Shown piece by piece: positions 9,192 through 22,208 of a stretch of 64,000 nucleotides of DNA. Source of the stretch: an uncultured Actinomycetota bacterium. GTDB taxonomy: Bacteria; Actinomycetota; Actinomycetes; Prado026. The position numbers were made by a program, and so were the translations under genes. Each line of letters opens with the position of its first letter. The stretch's first letter is position 1. The notes under the pieces are model-generated. The model saw only the letters and a list, made by a program, of their open reading frames with translations. It did not search any database and was not told where the DNA came from. The stretch spans positions 113,047-177,046 of the forward strand of contig CAVYVA010000001.1 in assembly GCA_963771835.1 (NCBI GenBank). Reading direction: 5' to 3'.

Positions 9192-10151
9192 TCAGCCCGG
9201 ACCGGCGCCGGCGCGGGCGCGCCGGGCCCGGACCCATGCCGGCCCGGCCACCGCCAGCCGGCGACGGACCGGCACGCGCGCCCGCCGCCGGAAGACCTCG
9301 TACCCGGACCGCTCCACCTCGTCCGCGATCCCGCAGTACAGGACGAGGGCGGCCTCGATGCACGGCCGGGAGGACGGCTCGAGCATCGCGACACCCGGGC
9401 GGGCCGCTTCAGCCAGCCGGCGCACCCGGGCCACCTCGAACGCGAGCAGCCGGCGTACCCGGTCGTCCACCACCCGCCGCTCGAGGTCCGCCCTGGTCAG
9501 GCCGAACCGGTCCAGGTCCTCCAGCGGCAGGTACAGCCTGCCCCGGTCGAGGTCCTCGCCCACGTCGCGGACGAAGTTGGCGAGCTGGAACGCCAGCCCG
9601 AGGTCCTGCGCCGGCTCGTAGGCGGCGTCCGAGAGCGGGCCGAGCACCGGGACCATCTGCAGCCCGATCACGGCCGCGGACCCGTACACGTACCGCTGCA
9701 GGTCCGACCACGTGGCGTACTCGGTGACGGTGAGGTCCATCGCCATCGATGCGAGGAACGCCTCGAAGTGCTCGAGCGGGATGTCCCAGCGCCGCACCGT
9801 GTCCACGACGGCCCGGCAGACCAGGTCCTGGCTGACCCCGTCCTTGACGTCCGCGAGGAAGCCGTCCCCCCAGCTGGTCAGACGCCGCGACTTCTGCTCG
9901 GCGGTCAGCGTGGACGCCAGGTCGTCGACGATCTCGTCCGCGTAGCGGGCGAACCCGTACAGGGCGTGCACGTACGGACGCTTGGCCGGCGGGAGCAGCA
10001 TCGTGGCCAGGTAGTACGTGCGGCCGTGGCGGGCGTGCAGGCGCCGGCAGGCCTCGTACGAGGCGCGCAGCTCGGGATCATCGATCCCGGCGGCGGTCAG
10101 CTCGGTTCCCCACACCTGCGCCACCCTAGGAGCGACCCCCTGCCGCCGCAT
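9192..10151 (-). CDS. crtB: phytoene synthase
   Basis: Squalene/phytoene synthase family: YYLATMLLPPAKRPYVHALYGFARYADEIVDDL (first DxxxD), ...LGLAFQLANFVRDVGEDLDRGRLYLPLEDL (second Asp-rich). Confidence 0.85.
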   Translation of the reverse strand: MRRQGVAPRVAQVWGTELTAAGIDDPELRASYEACRRLHARHGRTYYLATMLLPPAKRPYVHALYGFARYADEIVDDLASTLTAEQKSRRLTSWGDGFLADVKDGVSQDLVCRAVVDTVRRWDIPLEHFEAFLASMAMDLTVTEYATWSDLQRYVYGSAAVIGLQMVPVLGPLSDAAYEPAQDLGLAFQLANFVRDVGEDLDRGRLYLPLEDLDRFGLTRADLERRVVDDRVRRLLAFEVARVRRLAEAARPGVAMLEPSSRPCIEAALVLYCGIADEVERSGYEVFRRRARVPVRRRLAVAGPAWVRARRARAGAGPG

Positions 10152-10209
10152 GTCGGCGGCGTGCCAGGATGCGAGGCGTCCAGGCTCGAACGCCGCAGGA
10201 GGCGCGCCC

Positions 10210-10635
10210 ATGAGCAGCCCGGTGGATCGGCTCCTGACCGGCGCCAGCCACGGAGTCCTGCGTCACGACGGCCCGCTCGAGGCCGAGAAGGCCGCCGACG
10301 ACGCCGGCTGGCGCTACGTGCTGCTGGACAGCGCACTGGTCGGCGAGCGCGAGGAGTTCCTGGACCGGTGCGCGGACGCGTTCGACCTGCCCAGACGGCT
10401 GACCAGCAGCTGGGAGGGCCTGGACGCCGGGCTCCGCGGCCTGGACTGGGACGAGCCGGCCGGCGTGCTGGTGGTCTGGCAGGGCTGGGAGGAGCTCGCC
10501 GAGGGCGACCCGGACGGCTTCGACTGCGCGATCGAGGTGCTCCGCGACGCGTGCGTGGCGTGGAAGGACGACGAGATCCCCGGCGCGGTGGTGCTGGTGG
10601 GTCCAGGACCGGAGACCGACCTGCCCGAGGTGTGA
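10210..10635 (+). CDS. barstar-like (barnase-inhibitor family) protein, orphan
   Basis: 141-aa acidic protein; YVLLDSALVGEREEFLDRCADAFDLPRRLTSSWEGLDAGLRGLDWDEPAGVLVVWQGWEEL follows the barstar pattern (xLDG..i.s.eef...l..fplP.yfG.NwDAL.D.L..l); no adjacent RNase gene. Confidence 0.55.
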   Translation: MSSPVDRLLTGASHGVLRHDGPLEAEKAADDAGWRYVLLDSALVGEREEFLDRCADAFDLPRRLTSSWEGLDAGLRGLDWDEPAGVLVVWQGWEELAEGDPDGFDCAIEVLRDACVAWKDDEIPGAVVLVGPGPETDLPEV

Positions 10636-10650
10636 GCCCTGGGCCGGACC

Positions 10651-12366
10651 TCAGGTCGTCGGCAGCGGGTCTTTCGCCGGCCAGGACGGTTCCACCGGGT
10701 AGGCCGTGGACGGCTTGGCCTCCTCGAGCAGGACCGCTCGGGTGCGACGTGAGCCGAGCAGCAGGGCGACCACGACGGCCACCGAGATGAGCGTGACCGG
10801 GCCGTCCGCCAGGAAGATGTTGGTCGGGACGGTCGAGCCGGCGTTGGCCACGGCGAACACGGTGAACCCCACGCTGGCCAGGACGGCGGCCCGGGTCCCG
10901 TTGCGGGTGAGGCCGGCGCCGGCCAGCACGACGAGCCCCCAGAGCAGGTACCACGTCTGCATGACGGGCCCGAGCAGCACCAGGGTCAGCAGCGACAGGC
11001 CCAGGCCGCGAGCGGGGGAGCGCCGGTGCCCGGTCAGCACCAGCCAGGTCACCACCGCGAAGGTGAGCACGGCGCCGATGTCGCGCCAGGCGTCCACCGC
11101 GCCGTCGACGCGGTACCCGAGCCCCACCGCGTCCAGCAGGTTGCCCGTGGTCATGCCCAGCGCTGTCGTCGGGGACAGCCAGGTGCGGACCTGACCGGGG
11201 GTGCCGAGTGTCGACAGCCACCCGAAGCTCAGCCCGGTGACCAGGTCCAGGACCACGAACACGCCGAGGGCGATCGCGGCAGAGGCCACCCAGGCCCGGA
11301 CGCGTCGCCAGAACGTGGACGACGGGCCGGCCCAGGCGATCCCGACGAACGGCAGGCCGAGCAGCGCCGGCGCCTTCACCGCCCCGGCCAGTGAGACCAG
11401 CACCAGCGCGGCGATCGGCCGCTTCTCCATCGCCAGCGCGATCCCGGCGATCAGCAGCCCGACCATCAGGGCGTCGTTGTGGGCCGCGGAGACGAAGTGC
11501 AGGAAGATCAGCGGGTTGAGCAGGCCGATCCAGATGGCCTTCGCCTCGTCGACTCCGCAGGCGCGGGCCAGTCGCGGCAGGTAGATGGCGATGAGCACGA
11601 CGCCGACGATCGCCAGCAGCCGGAACAGCAGCAGCGAGGGCACCGCGGCCGCGCCGGTGAGGTGGTAGACCCCCGAGGACAGCCCCAGCCACAGCGGCCC
11701 GTACGGCGCCGGCGAGGTCTTCCAGATCCAGTCGGCGCCGTCGGTGAAGTACGTGTCGAAGACGCCGGTGCCGTAGACGTACGGGTCGAGGCCGTGCGGC
11801 AGCAGCCGGCTCTGCGCGATGTAGCTGTAGACGTCGCGGCTGAACAGCACCGGTGCCAGCGCCAGCGGCAGGCCCCACCACAGCGCGAGCCGGTTCAGCA
11901 GCCGCCCGTTGGTGACATGCCTGGTGCGGATCGTGTGGCCCAGCCGCAGCCACGCCTGCATGAGCAGGGCGACCCCGACGATCACGACGAGCTTGCCGAT
12001 CAGCGTGTAGCCCGGGTTGGAGCGGATGGTGCCCAGCACGGGCAGCGTGCCGATCCCCGACGCCAGCGACACCCACCCGGAGGCGAACGCGCCGAGCGCG
12101 ATGAGGACCGACCCGGCCAGGCCCGACCAGGCGAACTGCCGCAGCAGGTCGGAGGCGTCCTCGACCGCGATGGGCCGGTCGTCACGGGGGGTCGCGGACG
12201 CAGCGCGGTCCGGCACCACGATCACCCGGTCGTCGTCGTCGCGGGCGAGGTCCGCCCGGTCGTCCGTCCCCTTGTGCGGCTGGTCGTCGGCCCCGGTCCG
12301 GCGCCGATGGCGGCGGACGGGCAAGGTCACTGGCACAGGGTATCTGCCGGGACCGTCAGTGGGCAC
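10651..12366 (-). CDS. mptA: GT-C family polyprenol-phosphate-mannose-dependent alpha-(1->6)-mannosyltransferase (MptA/DUF2029-like)
   Basis: ~12-TM 571-aa protein; conserved DVYSYIAQSRLLPHGLDPYVYG loop; same synteny as Mtb Rv2174 (next to idsA2/metF). Start codon uncertain. Confidence 0.6.
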   Translation of the reverse strand: MPTDGPGRYPVPVTLPVRRHRRRTGADDQPHKGTDDRADLARDDDDRVIVVPDRAASATPRDDRPIAVEDASDLLRQFAWSGLAGSVLIALGAFASGWVSLASGIGTLPVLGTIRSNPGYTLIGKLVVIVGVALLMQAWLRLGHTIRTRHVTNGRLLNRLALWWGLPLALAPVLFSRDVYSYIAQSRLLPHGLDPYVYGTGVFDTYFTDGADWIWKTSPAPYGPLWLGLSSGVYHLTGAAAVPSLLLFRLLAIVGVVLIAIYLPRLARACGVDEAKAIWIGLLNPLIFLHFVSAAHNDALMVGLLIAGIALAMEKRPIAALVLVSLAGAVKAPALLGLPFVGIAWAGPSSTFWRRVRAWVASAAIALGVFVVLDLVTGLSFGWLSTLGTPGQVRTWLSPTTALGMTTGNLLDAVGLGYRVDGAVDAWRDIGAVLTFAVVTWLVLTGHRRSPARGLGLSLLTLVLLGPVMQTWYLLWGLVVLAGAGLTRNGTRAAVLASVGFTVFAVANAGSTVPTNIFLADGPVTLISVAVVVALLLGSRRTRAVLLEEAKPSTAYPVEPSWPAKDPLPTT

Positions 12367-12390
12367 CGGCGATCTCGGCCGCCGGGACGC

Positions 12391-16040
<3,650 letters not shown>

Positions 16041-16043
16041 GAC

Positions 16044-16745
16044 ATGACGACCACGCGGGCGGAGTACTTCGCGCGCTGGTCGGCCTCGCACGGCGGGTAC
16101 GACCCGACGTCGTCACCGTTCGTGTCCCGCTGGCTGGCGCTCGTGCACGCGTGCGCGCGTCCGTTGGTGGCGCTGCACGTCGCACCGGCCGCCGTCACCG
16201 TGCTGGGGCTCGCGCTCGCCGCGGGCGCGGTACCGGCCGCGGTCGCCGGCGGCGGCTGGCTGTTCCTGGCGTGCGTGCTCGTGCTCGCGTCCGGGCTGGT
16301 CGACAGCCTGGACGGCGCGGTCGCGGTGATGAGCGGCCGGGCCGGCGCCGCCGGCTACGTCCTGGACTCGGTGGTCGACCGGCTCAGCGACCTGCTGTAC
16401 CTGGTCGTGCTGTGGCAGGTCGGGGCACCCGCCGGCGTGTGCGTGCTGGCGGGTGCGCTGATGTTCGTGCACGAGTACCTGCGGGCGAGGGCCACCGCGG
16501 CCGGCATGGCGGAGATCGGCGTGGTCACGGTCTGGGAGCGCCCGACCCGCGTCGTGGTCACCACGGTGGCGCTGCTCGGCGCCGCGCTGTTCCGCGACAC
16601 GGTCCTGTGGTCGGGTCCCGGCGACCAGCGGTGGGCCACCGCCGCTGCCTGGGTGTGGGTCGTGCTCGGCACGTTCGGGCTCGTCCAGCTGTCCGTCGTG
16701 GTGGCCCGACGGCTGGCCGGTCGCGGGCCCGTGGCCCCGGGCTGA
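16044..16745 (+). CDS. CDP-alcohol phosphatidyltransferase family protein
   Basis: Membrane protein with the family signature D-x2-DG-x2-AR...G-x3-D-x3-D ([30 protein letters not shown]). Confidence 0.75.
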   Translation: MTTTRAEYFARWSASHGGYDPTSSPFVSRWLALVHACARPLVALHVAPAAVTVLGLALAAGAVPAAVAGGGWLFLACVLVLASGLVDSLDGAVAVMSGRAGAAGYVLDSVVDRLSDLLYLVVLWQVGAPAGVCVLAGALMFVHEYLRARATAAGMAEIGVVTVWERPTRVVVTTVALLGAALFRDTVLWSGPGDQRWATAAAWVWVVLGTFGLVQLSVVVARRLAGRGPVAPG

Positions 16746-16763
16746 GGCGCGGACAGCGCGGCG

Positions 16764-18257
16764 ATGGGGACGAACCTGGAGCTGGCGCTCGTCGTCGGCG
16801 CCTTGGTGCTCCTGGTCGGCGCGCTCGCGGTGCGGCTGTCGGTGCGGCTCGGGATCCCCGGCCTGCTGCTGTTCCTCGGGCTTGGTCTGGCGCTCGGCGA
16901 GTCGGGCGCCGGAGTGCGCTTCGACAACGCCGCGCTGACGCGGGACCTCGGCCTGCTCGCCCTCGCGGTCATCCTGGCCGAGGGCGGCCTGACGACGCGG
17001 TTGTCCGCGGTGCGGCCGGTGCTCGGCGTGTCGGTGGTGCTCGGCACCTTCGGTGTGCTGCTGAGCATCGCGGTGGTCGCCGCGGCGGGGCACCTGCTGC
17101 TCGGCATGGACTGGCGGACCGGCGTGCTGCTCGGCGCCGTCGTCTCCTCGACCGACGCGGCCGCCGTGTTCTCGGTGCTGCGCAGGCTGCGGCTGCGACC
17201 GCGCATCGGCGCGATCCTCGAGGCCGAGTCGGGTCTGAACGACGCGCCGTCGATCGTGGTCGTGTCGGTGGTCGTGTCCGGCGCGTGGACGCAGGACCCG
17301 CTGTGGCAGGTCGCGCTTCTGGTCGGGTACGAGCTCGTCGCCGGCGCCGTCGTCGGCTATCTCGTCGGCGTGGCCGGACGGTGGCTGCTGCCACGGGTCG
17401 CGCTGCCGGCGGTGGGCCTGTACCCGCTCGCGTCGCTGGCGCTGGTGACGCTGGCGTTCGGGCTGGCCGCGCTCGCCCATGCGAGCGGCTTCCTCGCGGT
17501 GTACGTGTGCGCGGTGCTGCTGGGCTCTTCCCGGCTGCCGCACCGCAGGTCGGTGCTCGGCTTCGCCGAGGGGCTGGCCTGGCTCGCGCAGATCGGCCTG
17601 TTCACCTTGCTCGGCCTGCTGGCCTCGCCGAGCCGGCTTCCGTCGGCGGTGCTGCCGGCCCTGGCCGCCGGCGCGGTGCTCACCTTCCTCGCCCGGCCGT
17701 TGTCCGTGCTCGTGTGCACGACGCCGTTCGGCGTCCGCTGGCGCGAGCAGGGCTTCCTGTCGGTGGCGGGTCTGCGCGGGGCGGTGCCGATCGTGCTGGC
17801 CACCGTCCCGCTGGCCGCCGGCGCCCCTGGCGCGACCCGGGTCTTCGACCTGACCTTCGTGCTGGTGCTCGTGTTCACGGCGCTGCAGGCCCCGTCGTTG
17901 CCCTGGTTCGCCCGGCGGCTCGGGGTGTCGGCACCCGAGGAGATCGGCGAGCTGACCGTGGAGACCGCGCCGCTGGACGAGGTCGGCGCGATGCTGCTCG
18001 ACGTGCCGGTGCCGCCACGGTCCCGGCTGGCCGGCGAGTACGTCGTCGACCTCCGGCTGCCCGCCGGCGCGATGGTCAGCATGATCGTGCGCGACGGCGT
18101 GACCTTGGTGCCGGACGTCGCGACCCGGCTGCGCACCGGGGACCGGATCGTCGTCGTCAGCACGGCGGCGGTTCGTCGGCAGGCGGAACGTCGGCTCCGT
18201 GCGGTCAGCCGGCGCGGTGCGCTCGCCGGCTGGTTCGGGGAGAACGGAGACCCGTAG
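16764..18257 (+). CDS. nhaP: monovalent cation:proton antiporter (NhaP/CPA1 family) with C-terminal TrkA-C domain
   Basis: 497 aa, ~12 TM helices, Na+/H+ exchanger motifs (LESGLNDAPSIVV; SSTDAAAVFSVL) and C-terminal TrkA-C-like domain (MVSMIVRDGVTLVPDVATRLRTGDRIVVV). Confidence 0.85.
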   Translation: MGTNLELALVVGALVLLVGALAVRLSVRLGIPGLLLFLGLGLALGESGAGVRFDNAALTRDLGLLALAVILAEGGLTTRLSAVRPVLGVSVVLGTFGVLLSIAVVAAAGHLLLGMDWRTGVLLGAVVSSTDAAAVFSVLRRLRLRPRIGAILEAESGLNDAPSIVVVSVVVSGAWTQDPLWQVALLVGYELVAGAVVGYLVGVAGRWLLPRVALPAVGLYPLASLALVTLAFGLAALAHASGFLAVYVCAVLLGSSRLPHRRSVLGFAEGLAWLAQIGLFTLLGLLASPSRLPSAVLPALAAGAVLTFLARPLSVLVCTTPFGVRWREQGFLSVAGLRGAVPIVLATVPLAAGAPGATRVFDLTFVLVLVFTALQAPSLPWFARRLGVSAPEEIGELTVETAPLDEVGAMLLDVPVPPRSRLAGEYVVDLRLPAGAMVSMIVRDGVTLVPDVATRLRTGDRIVVVSTAAVRRQAERRLRAVSRRGALAGWFGENGDP

Positions 18258-18363
18258 CCGTACCGGTCGACGGAGCCGGGCCGATGGCCGGTGTACGCCA
18301 TGTCCGCATCTGGACCTGTGGGCGAGGGACGGGGCGGTTCGCGCCGCCCCTAGGTTCGCCGGC

Positions 18364-19212
18364 ATGTCGCTGCGAACCACTCTTGTCGTGGGCCTGGCCG
18401 GGGCGTTGTCCGCCGCCGCGCTGGTGGCCGCCGCCCCGGCCGCGTCCGGGTCGGGCTGCCCGGGGTGCGGCGTCACGACCGGTCCCGGTCAGTACGTCGG
18501 CAGCCTGCTGATCCCGCCCGGCTCGCGACCGGTGCCGGCCGGCCTGCCGGCCCTGGCCGCGAGCTGTCCGGGCTGCCAGTGGACGCTCGAACCGGCCTGC
18601 CAACGGCCGGGGGCGCAGGGCCAGAACAGCTGCCCGGGGGCCGTCCTGTCCTGCCGACCCCAGCCGCCGGCACGGCTGCGGCTCGCCCTGCTGCTGCAAC
18701 GCCCCGGTGACCCGGTGCCGCGCCGGGTCGGGACGTTCTGCTTCGACCCTGCCGTACCGCTCCAGCCGGCGGCGCTGCTCCCGGGCGTCCGCGACCGCTT
18801 CGTCCGGCTCGTGCCGGCGCTGCGACCGGCGTTCCAGCCCGACGGGTTCGGGATCGTCAACGTCCCGGTCGTGTTCGCTGCCGGCCAGGCCGCCTCCATC
18901 GGCCGGCCGGTGTTCGCGCTCGCCGGCCACCGGGTGTCCCTGCAGGCGACCGCGTCGTGGCTGTGGGACTTCGGCGACGGCAGCTCCGAGCGCTCGGCCG
19001 TGCCCGGCGGGCCGTGGCCGGACGAGGCGGTCGCGCACGCGTACGCGGCGGCGGACCGGTTCGCGGTGCGGGTGACCACCGTGTGGCAGGGGCAGTTCTG
19101 GGTCGACGGGTCCGGTCCCTTCGTCGTCGACGGCGCGCCGGTCACCCAGACCGCGGTGCTGACCGTCCCGGTCCGCGCGGCCGCGGCCGAGCTGGTGGCG
19201 CCGGACGGGTGA
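18364..19212 (+). CDS. secreted protein with Cys-rich N-terminal region and C-terminal PKD-like domain
   Basis: Signal peptide (MSLRTTLVVGLAGALSAAALVAAAPAASG); eight Cys in first 90 mature residues; WDFGDGS motif characteristic of PKD domains. Confidence 0.5.
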   Translation: MSLRTTLVVGLAGALSAAALVAAAPAASGSGCPGCGVTTGPGQYVGSLLIPPGSRPVPAGLPALAASCPGCQWTLEPACQRPGAQGQNSCPGAVLSCRPQPPARLRLALLLQRPGDPVPRRVGTFCFDPAVPLQPAALLPGVRDRFVRLVPALRPAFQPDGFGIVNVPVVFAAGQAASIGRPVFALAGHRVSLQATASWLWDFGDGSSERSAVPGGPWPDEAVAHAYAAADRFAVRVTTVWQGQFWVDGSGPFVVDGAPVTQTAVLTVPVRAAAAELVAPDG

Positions 19213-19546
19213 CCGGACGGACGAGCCATCGGCTGTGACCGATGCCACAGGGCGGGGCCGGAACCACGCTGCGCCGCCAGGAGTCGGAGCGGGCAACCCC
19301 TCACAGAAGAGCCCTCCCCGTGACCCCGCCGCACATTCCGCCCCGCCGTGACATCCGGCGCGCCTGCGACCTGCTCCGTACCGCACAGCACCAGCTGGTG
19401 GAAGCGGCCGCCCTGCTCGGCATCGGACCGGAGGACGGTTCGCTGTGGACGGCGGTCCGCACCATGGTCGAGGTGCGCGAGAGCCACGAACAGGTGCTCG
19501 CCCGGCTCTGACCGCTCCGACCAGGGAGCGGGCCCTCGGCGGACCG

Positions 19547-21062
19547 TCAGGCCGGTCCGACGAGGCCGGCGACGATCTCCGCGGACAGCCCGACCAGCGG
19601 CAGACCGCCGCCCGGATGCGCGGAGCCGCCGACCAGGAACAGTCCCGGCACCGGCCCCACGTTCGACGGCCGGCGGAACGCCGCACGCGCGCCGTTGGAC
19701 GACGAGCCGTAGATCGCCCCGCCGGGGGAGCGGGTCGCGACGGCCAGGTCGGCCGGGGTGCGGGCGACCGACCACAGCAGCCGGCTCCGTACGTCCAGGC
19801 CGCGTGCCGCCATCACGTCGAGGACCCGGCTCGCGTACTGCTCGGCGACGCCGGGTCCGGTCCAGTCGACGCCCCTGCCGTCGGCCCGGCCCGGTTCGTG
19901 CCGAGGCGCGTTCACCAGGACCGACAACGACTCGTGCCCGTCCGGACGCATCCGCGGGTCGGCCGGGGCGCAGACGTACACCGCCGGGTCGGCGACCGGG
20001 TGCGGTGCGCGACCGAAGACCGCGTCGAACTCGGCGTCGTAGTCGCCGGGGAACAGCACCGTGTGGTGGCGCAGTCCGGGGGTGCGTCCGCGCAGGGCGA
20101 GCTGCAGCGTGAAGCCGGACAGCGACGGGGCCGCCCGGTCCAGCCGTGCCAGCGGCGCCCGGCCGACCGACGGCGGCAGCAGCTCGGCGAACAGGTTCCG
20201 GGCGTCGGAGTCGGCGACGACGACCTCGGCGGCGACAGGCTCGCCGTCCGTGAGCCGTACGCCGCTGACGCGACCGGCCGTCACCTCGACCGCCTGCGAC
20301 GTCGGCGCCGAACCGGAACGCCACTCCGCGTCGCACGCAGCGGTTGTGCAACGCGTCCGCGAGCTCGCGCAGCCCGCCCTCGACGTGCCACGCACCGAAG
20401 GTCTGCTCCACGTACGGGATGACGCACAGCGCGGCCGGGGCCTGCCGCGGGTCCGAGCCGGAGTAGGTCGCGTAGCGGTCCAGCATCAGCTGCAGCCGCG
20501 GGTCGCGCAGGTACCGGCGGCCGAGCGCGCGCAGCGAGGTGAACGGGGCGACCGTGCGCAGGTCGCGCAGCCGCAGCGACTGCCGCAGCAGCACGGTCGG
20601 GGACGGCAGCGGGCTGGTCAGGAAGGGCACGCGGGTCACGTCCCAGACGCGTGCGGCGTGGTCGACGAGCGCCGTCCACTGCCCGCCGGCGCCTCGACCG
20701 AAGCGCACCGTCGAGGGCGTCGGAGATCCCGGCGCGGGACGCGTTCGGGAGCTCCACTCCGGTGCCGTCGGCGAAGGTGTAGGCGAAGGCGGGCTCGACC
20801 GGGACCAGCCCGACGTTGTCCTCCAGCGCTGCGTCCTTGCGCGACAGCGCAGTCTTCAGGAACAGGTCCCGGTAGACCGCGGGCAGCGTCAGCAGCGACG
20901 GGCCGGTGTCGAAGACGAACCCGTCCCGCTCCAGCCGGCCGACCTTGCCGCCGTGCGTCATCGCCTGCTCGAGCACGGTCACCGCATGGCCCTGCGTCGA
21001 CAGCCTGGCCGCGACGGCCATCCCGCCCATGCCCGGCGCCGATCACCACGACGCGGCTCACG
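19547..21062 (-). CDS. phytoene-desaturase-family FAD-dependent oxidoreductase (CrtD/CrtO-like carotenoid desaturase or ketolase), reading frame broken
   Basis: N-terminus VVVIGAG|MGGMAVAARLSTQGHAVTVLEQAMTHGGKVG...FVFDTGPSLLTLP and C-terminus ...FLVGGSAHPGGGLPLVGLSAEIVAGLV with middle segment (LMLDRYATYSGSDPRQAPAALCVIPYVEQTFGAWHVEGG) in a third frame. Confidence 0.7.
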
Positions 21063-22110
21063 GCAGCGTCCGCCCCTTCCAGGTGAGCGAGCCGGCACGA
21101 CGGCGTCGGACCGAGTCGACCATCAGCACGTCGAACGCCACGACGGACAACGGGTGCGCGAGCACGTCCGGCCAGACCCGGCCGCCGACGCGTCGAGCGA
21201 CGAGCAGGCGACCGACCACGCCGGCCGCGTAGCCGGTGGCACCGACCCGAGAGCCGGCGACGGCGGCGACGGCCGGCAGCACGTAGACGACGGTGGCTGC
21301 GGCTGCGACCGCCAGACCGCCGGGCGGCGAGCCGAACGCCGCCCACAACGACTTCGCGTACCCGGCGCGCAGAGCGGGCCAGCCGTCGTACATGCGGCAC
21401 CGGGCGACATCGGTGCCGTCGACGACGCCACCGCGTCCGCCGGCGCGCCGGACCGCGCGCGACAGCTCGACGTCGTCGAGCACGGCCGCGCGCACGGAAG
21501 GCGTCGCGTGACCGCCGCCGCGTCGGTAGGCGACGGCGTCGACGGCCAGCAGCTGCCCGTTCGCCGCCGGCGAGACTCGAGCGCGCTGGACCGCTCGGCG
21601 ACGCGCAGCGGCAGCGTGGTCAGCCACGACCACTGCAGCAACGGCTGCACGAGCCGTTCGGCCACCGTCACCGCGTCCTGTCTCGGGTACGGCGACACGA
21701 GGTCGAGTCCGCTGGTACGCAGCAGCTCGACGGTCGCCGCGACTCCGGTCGGCTCCACGACGACGTCGGCATCGAGGAACACCAGGACGCTGCCGGTCGC
21801 CGCCGCGGCCAGCTGCGCGCACGCCCAGGGCTTGCCGAGCCAGCCCGCCGGCGGCGACTGCCGCGCCGGCTCGGCACCGGGGTCGTCGGCGAGCAGGCGC
21901 AGCCGCGGGTCGTCGCCGGCCAGGGCCCGTACGATCCGCGCGGTGCCGTCCCGCGACCCGTCGTCGAAGACCAGCACCTCCAGGTCCGCCACCGCGCGGG
22001 ACCCGAGCACGGCGCGCAGGCAGCGCTCGACCGTGCGCGGCTTCGTCGCGCACCGGCAGCAGCACCGACACCCGCTCCGGCACGGCGGCCGGCGACCGTC
22101 CGGGGGTGCG
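21058..22110 (-). CDS. family 2 glycosyltransferase (carotenoid glycosyltransferase-like), reading frame broken
   Basis: VSVLLPVRDEA / VERCLRAVLGS...LEVLVFDDGSRDGTARIV...DPRLRLL...GKPWACAQLAAAATGSVLVFLDADVVVEP (GT2 DxD region) in one frame, C-terminal half (GQLLAVDAVAYRRGGGH...LDDVELSRAVRRAGGRGGVVDGTDVARCRMYDGWPALRAGYAKSL) in another. Confidence 0.65.
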   Translation of the reverse strand, partial: RTPGRSPAAVPERVSVLLPVRDEAAHGRALPARRARVPRGGGPGGAGLRRRVAGRHRADRTGPGRRRPAAAPARRRPRCRAGAAVAAGGLARQALGVRAAGRGGDRQRPGVPRCRRRRGADRSRGDRRAAAYQRTRPRVAVPETGRGDGGRTARAAVAAVVVADHAAAARRRAVQRARVSPAANGQLLAVDAVAYRRGGGHATPSVRAAVLDDVELSRAVRRAGGRGGVVDGTDVARCRMYDGWPALRAGYAKSLWAAFGSPPGGLAVAAAATVVYVLPAVAAVAGSRVGATGYAAGVVGRLLVARRVGGRVWPDVLAHPLSVVAFDVLMVDSVRRRRAGSLTWKGRTLP

Positions 22111-22208
22111 CAGGCGGCGCAGGTTGTACGCCGTGTGCGCAGTGCCCACGACCGCGGCGGCACTGCCCGTCGCGACCAGGGCGCGGCGCAGCACCCGCGC
22201 CGACGCGC

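Noticed and set aside
19242-19511. 89-aa ORF (MPQGGAGTTLRRQESERATPHRR...) downstream of the PKD protein
   Set aside because: No family resemblance, Arg/Pro-rich N-terminus, could be a chance ORF in the intergenic gap.
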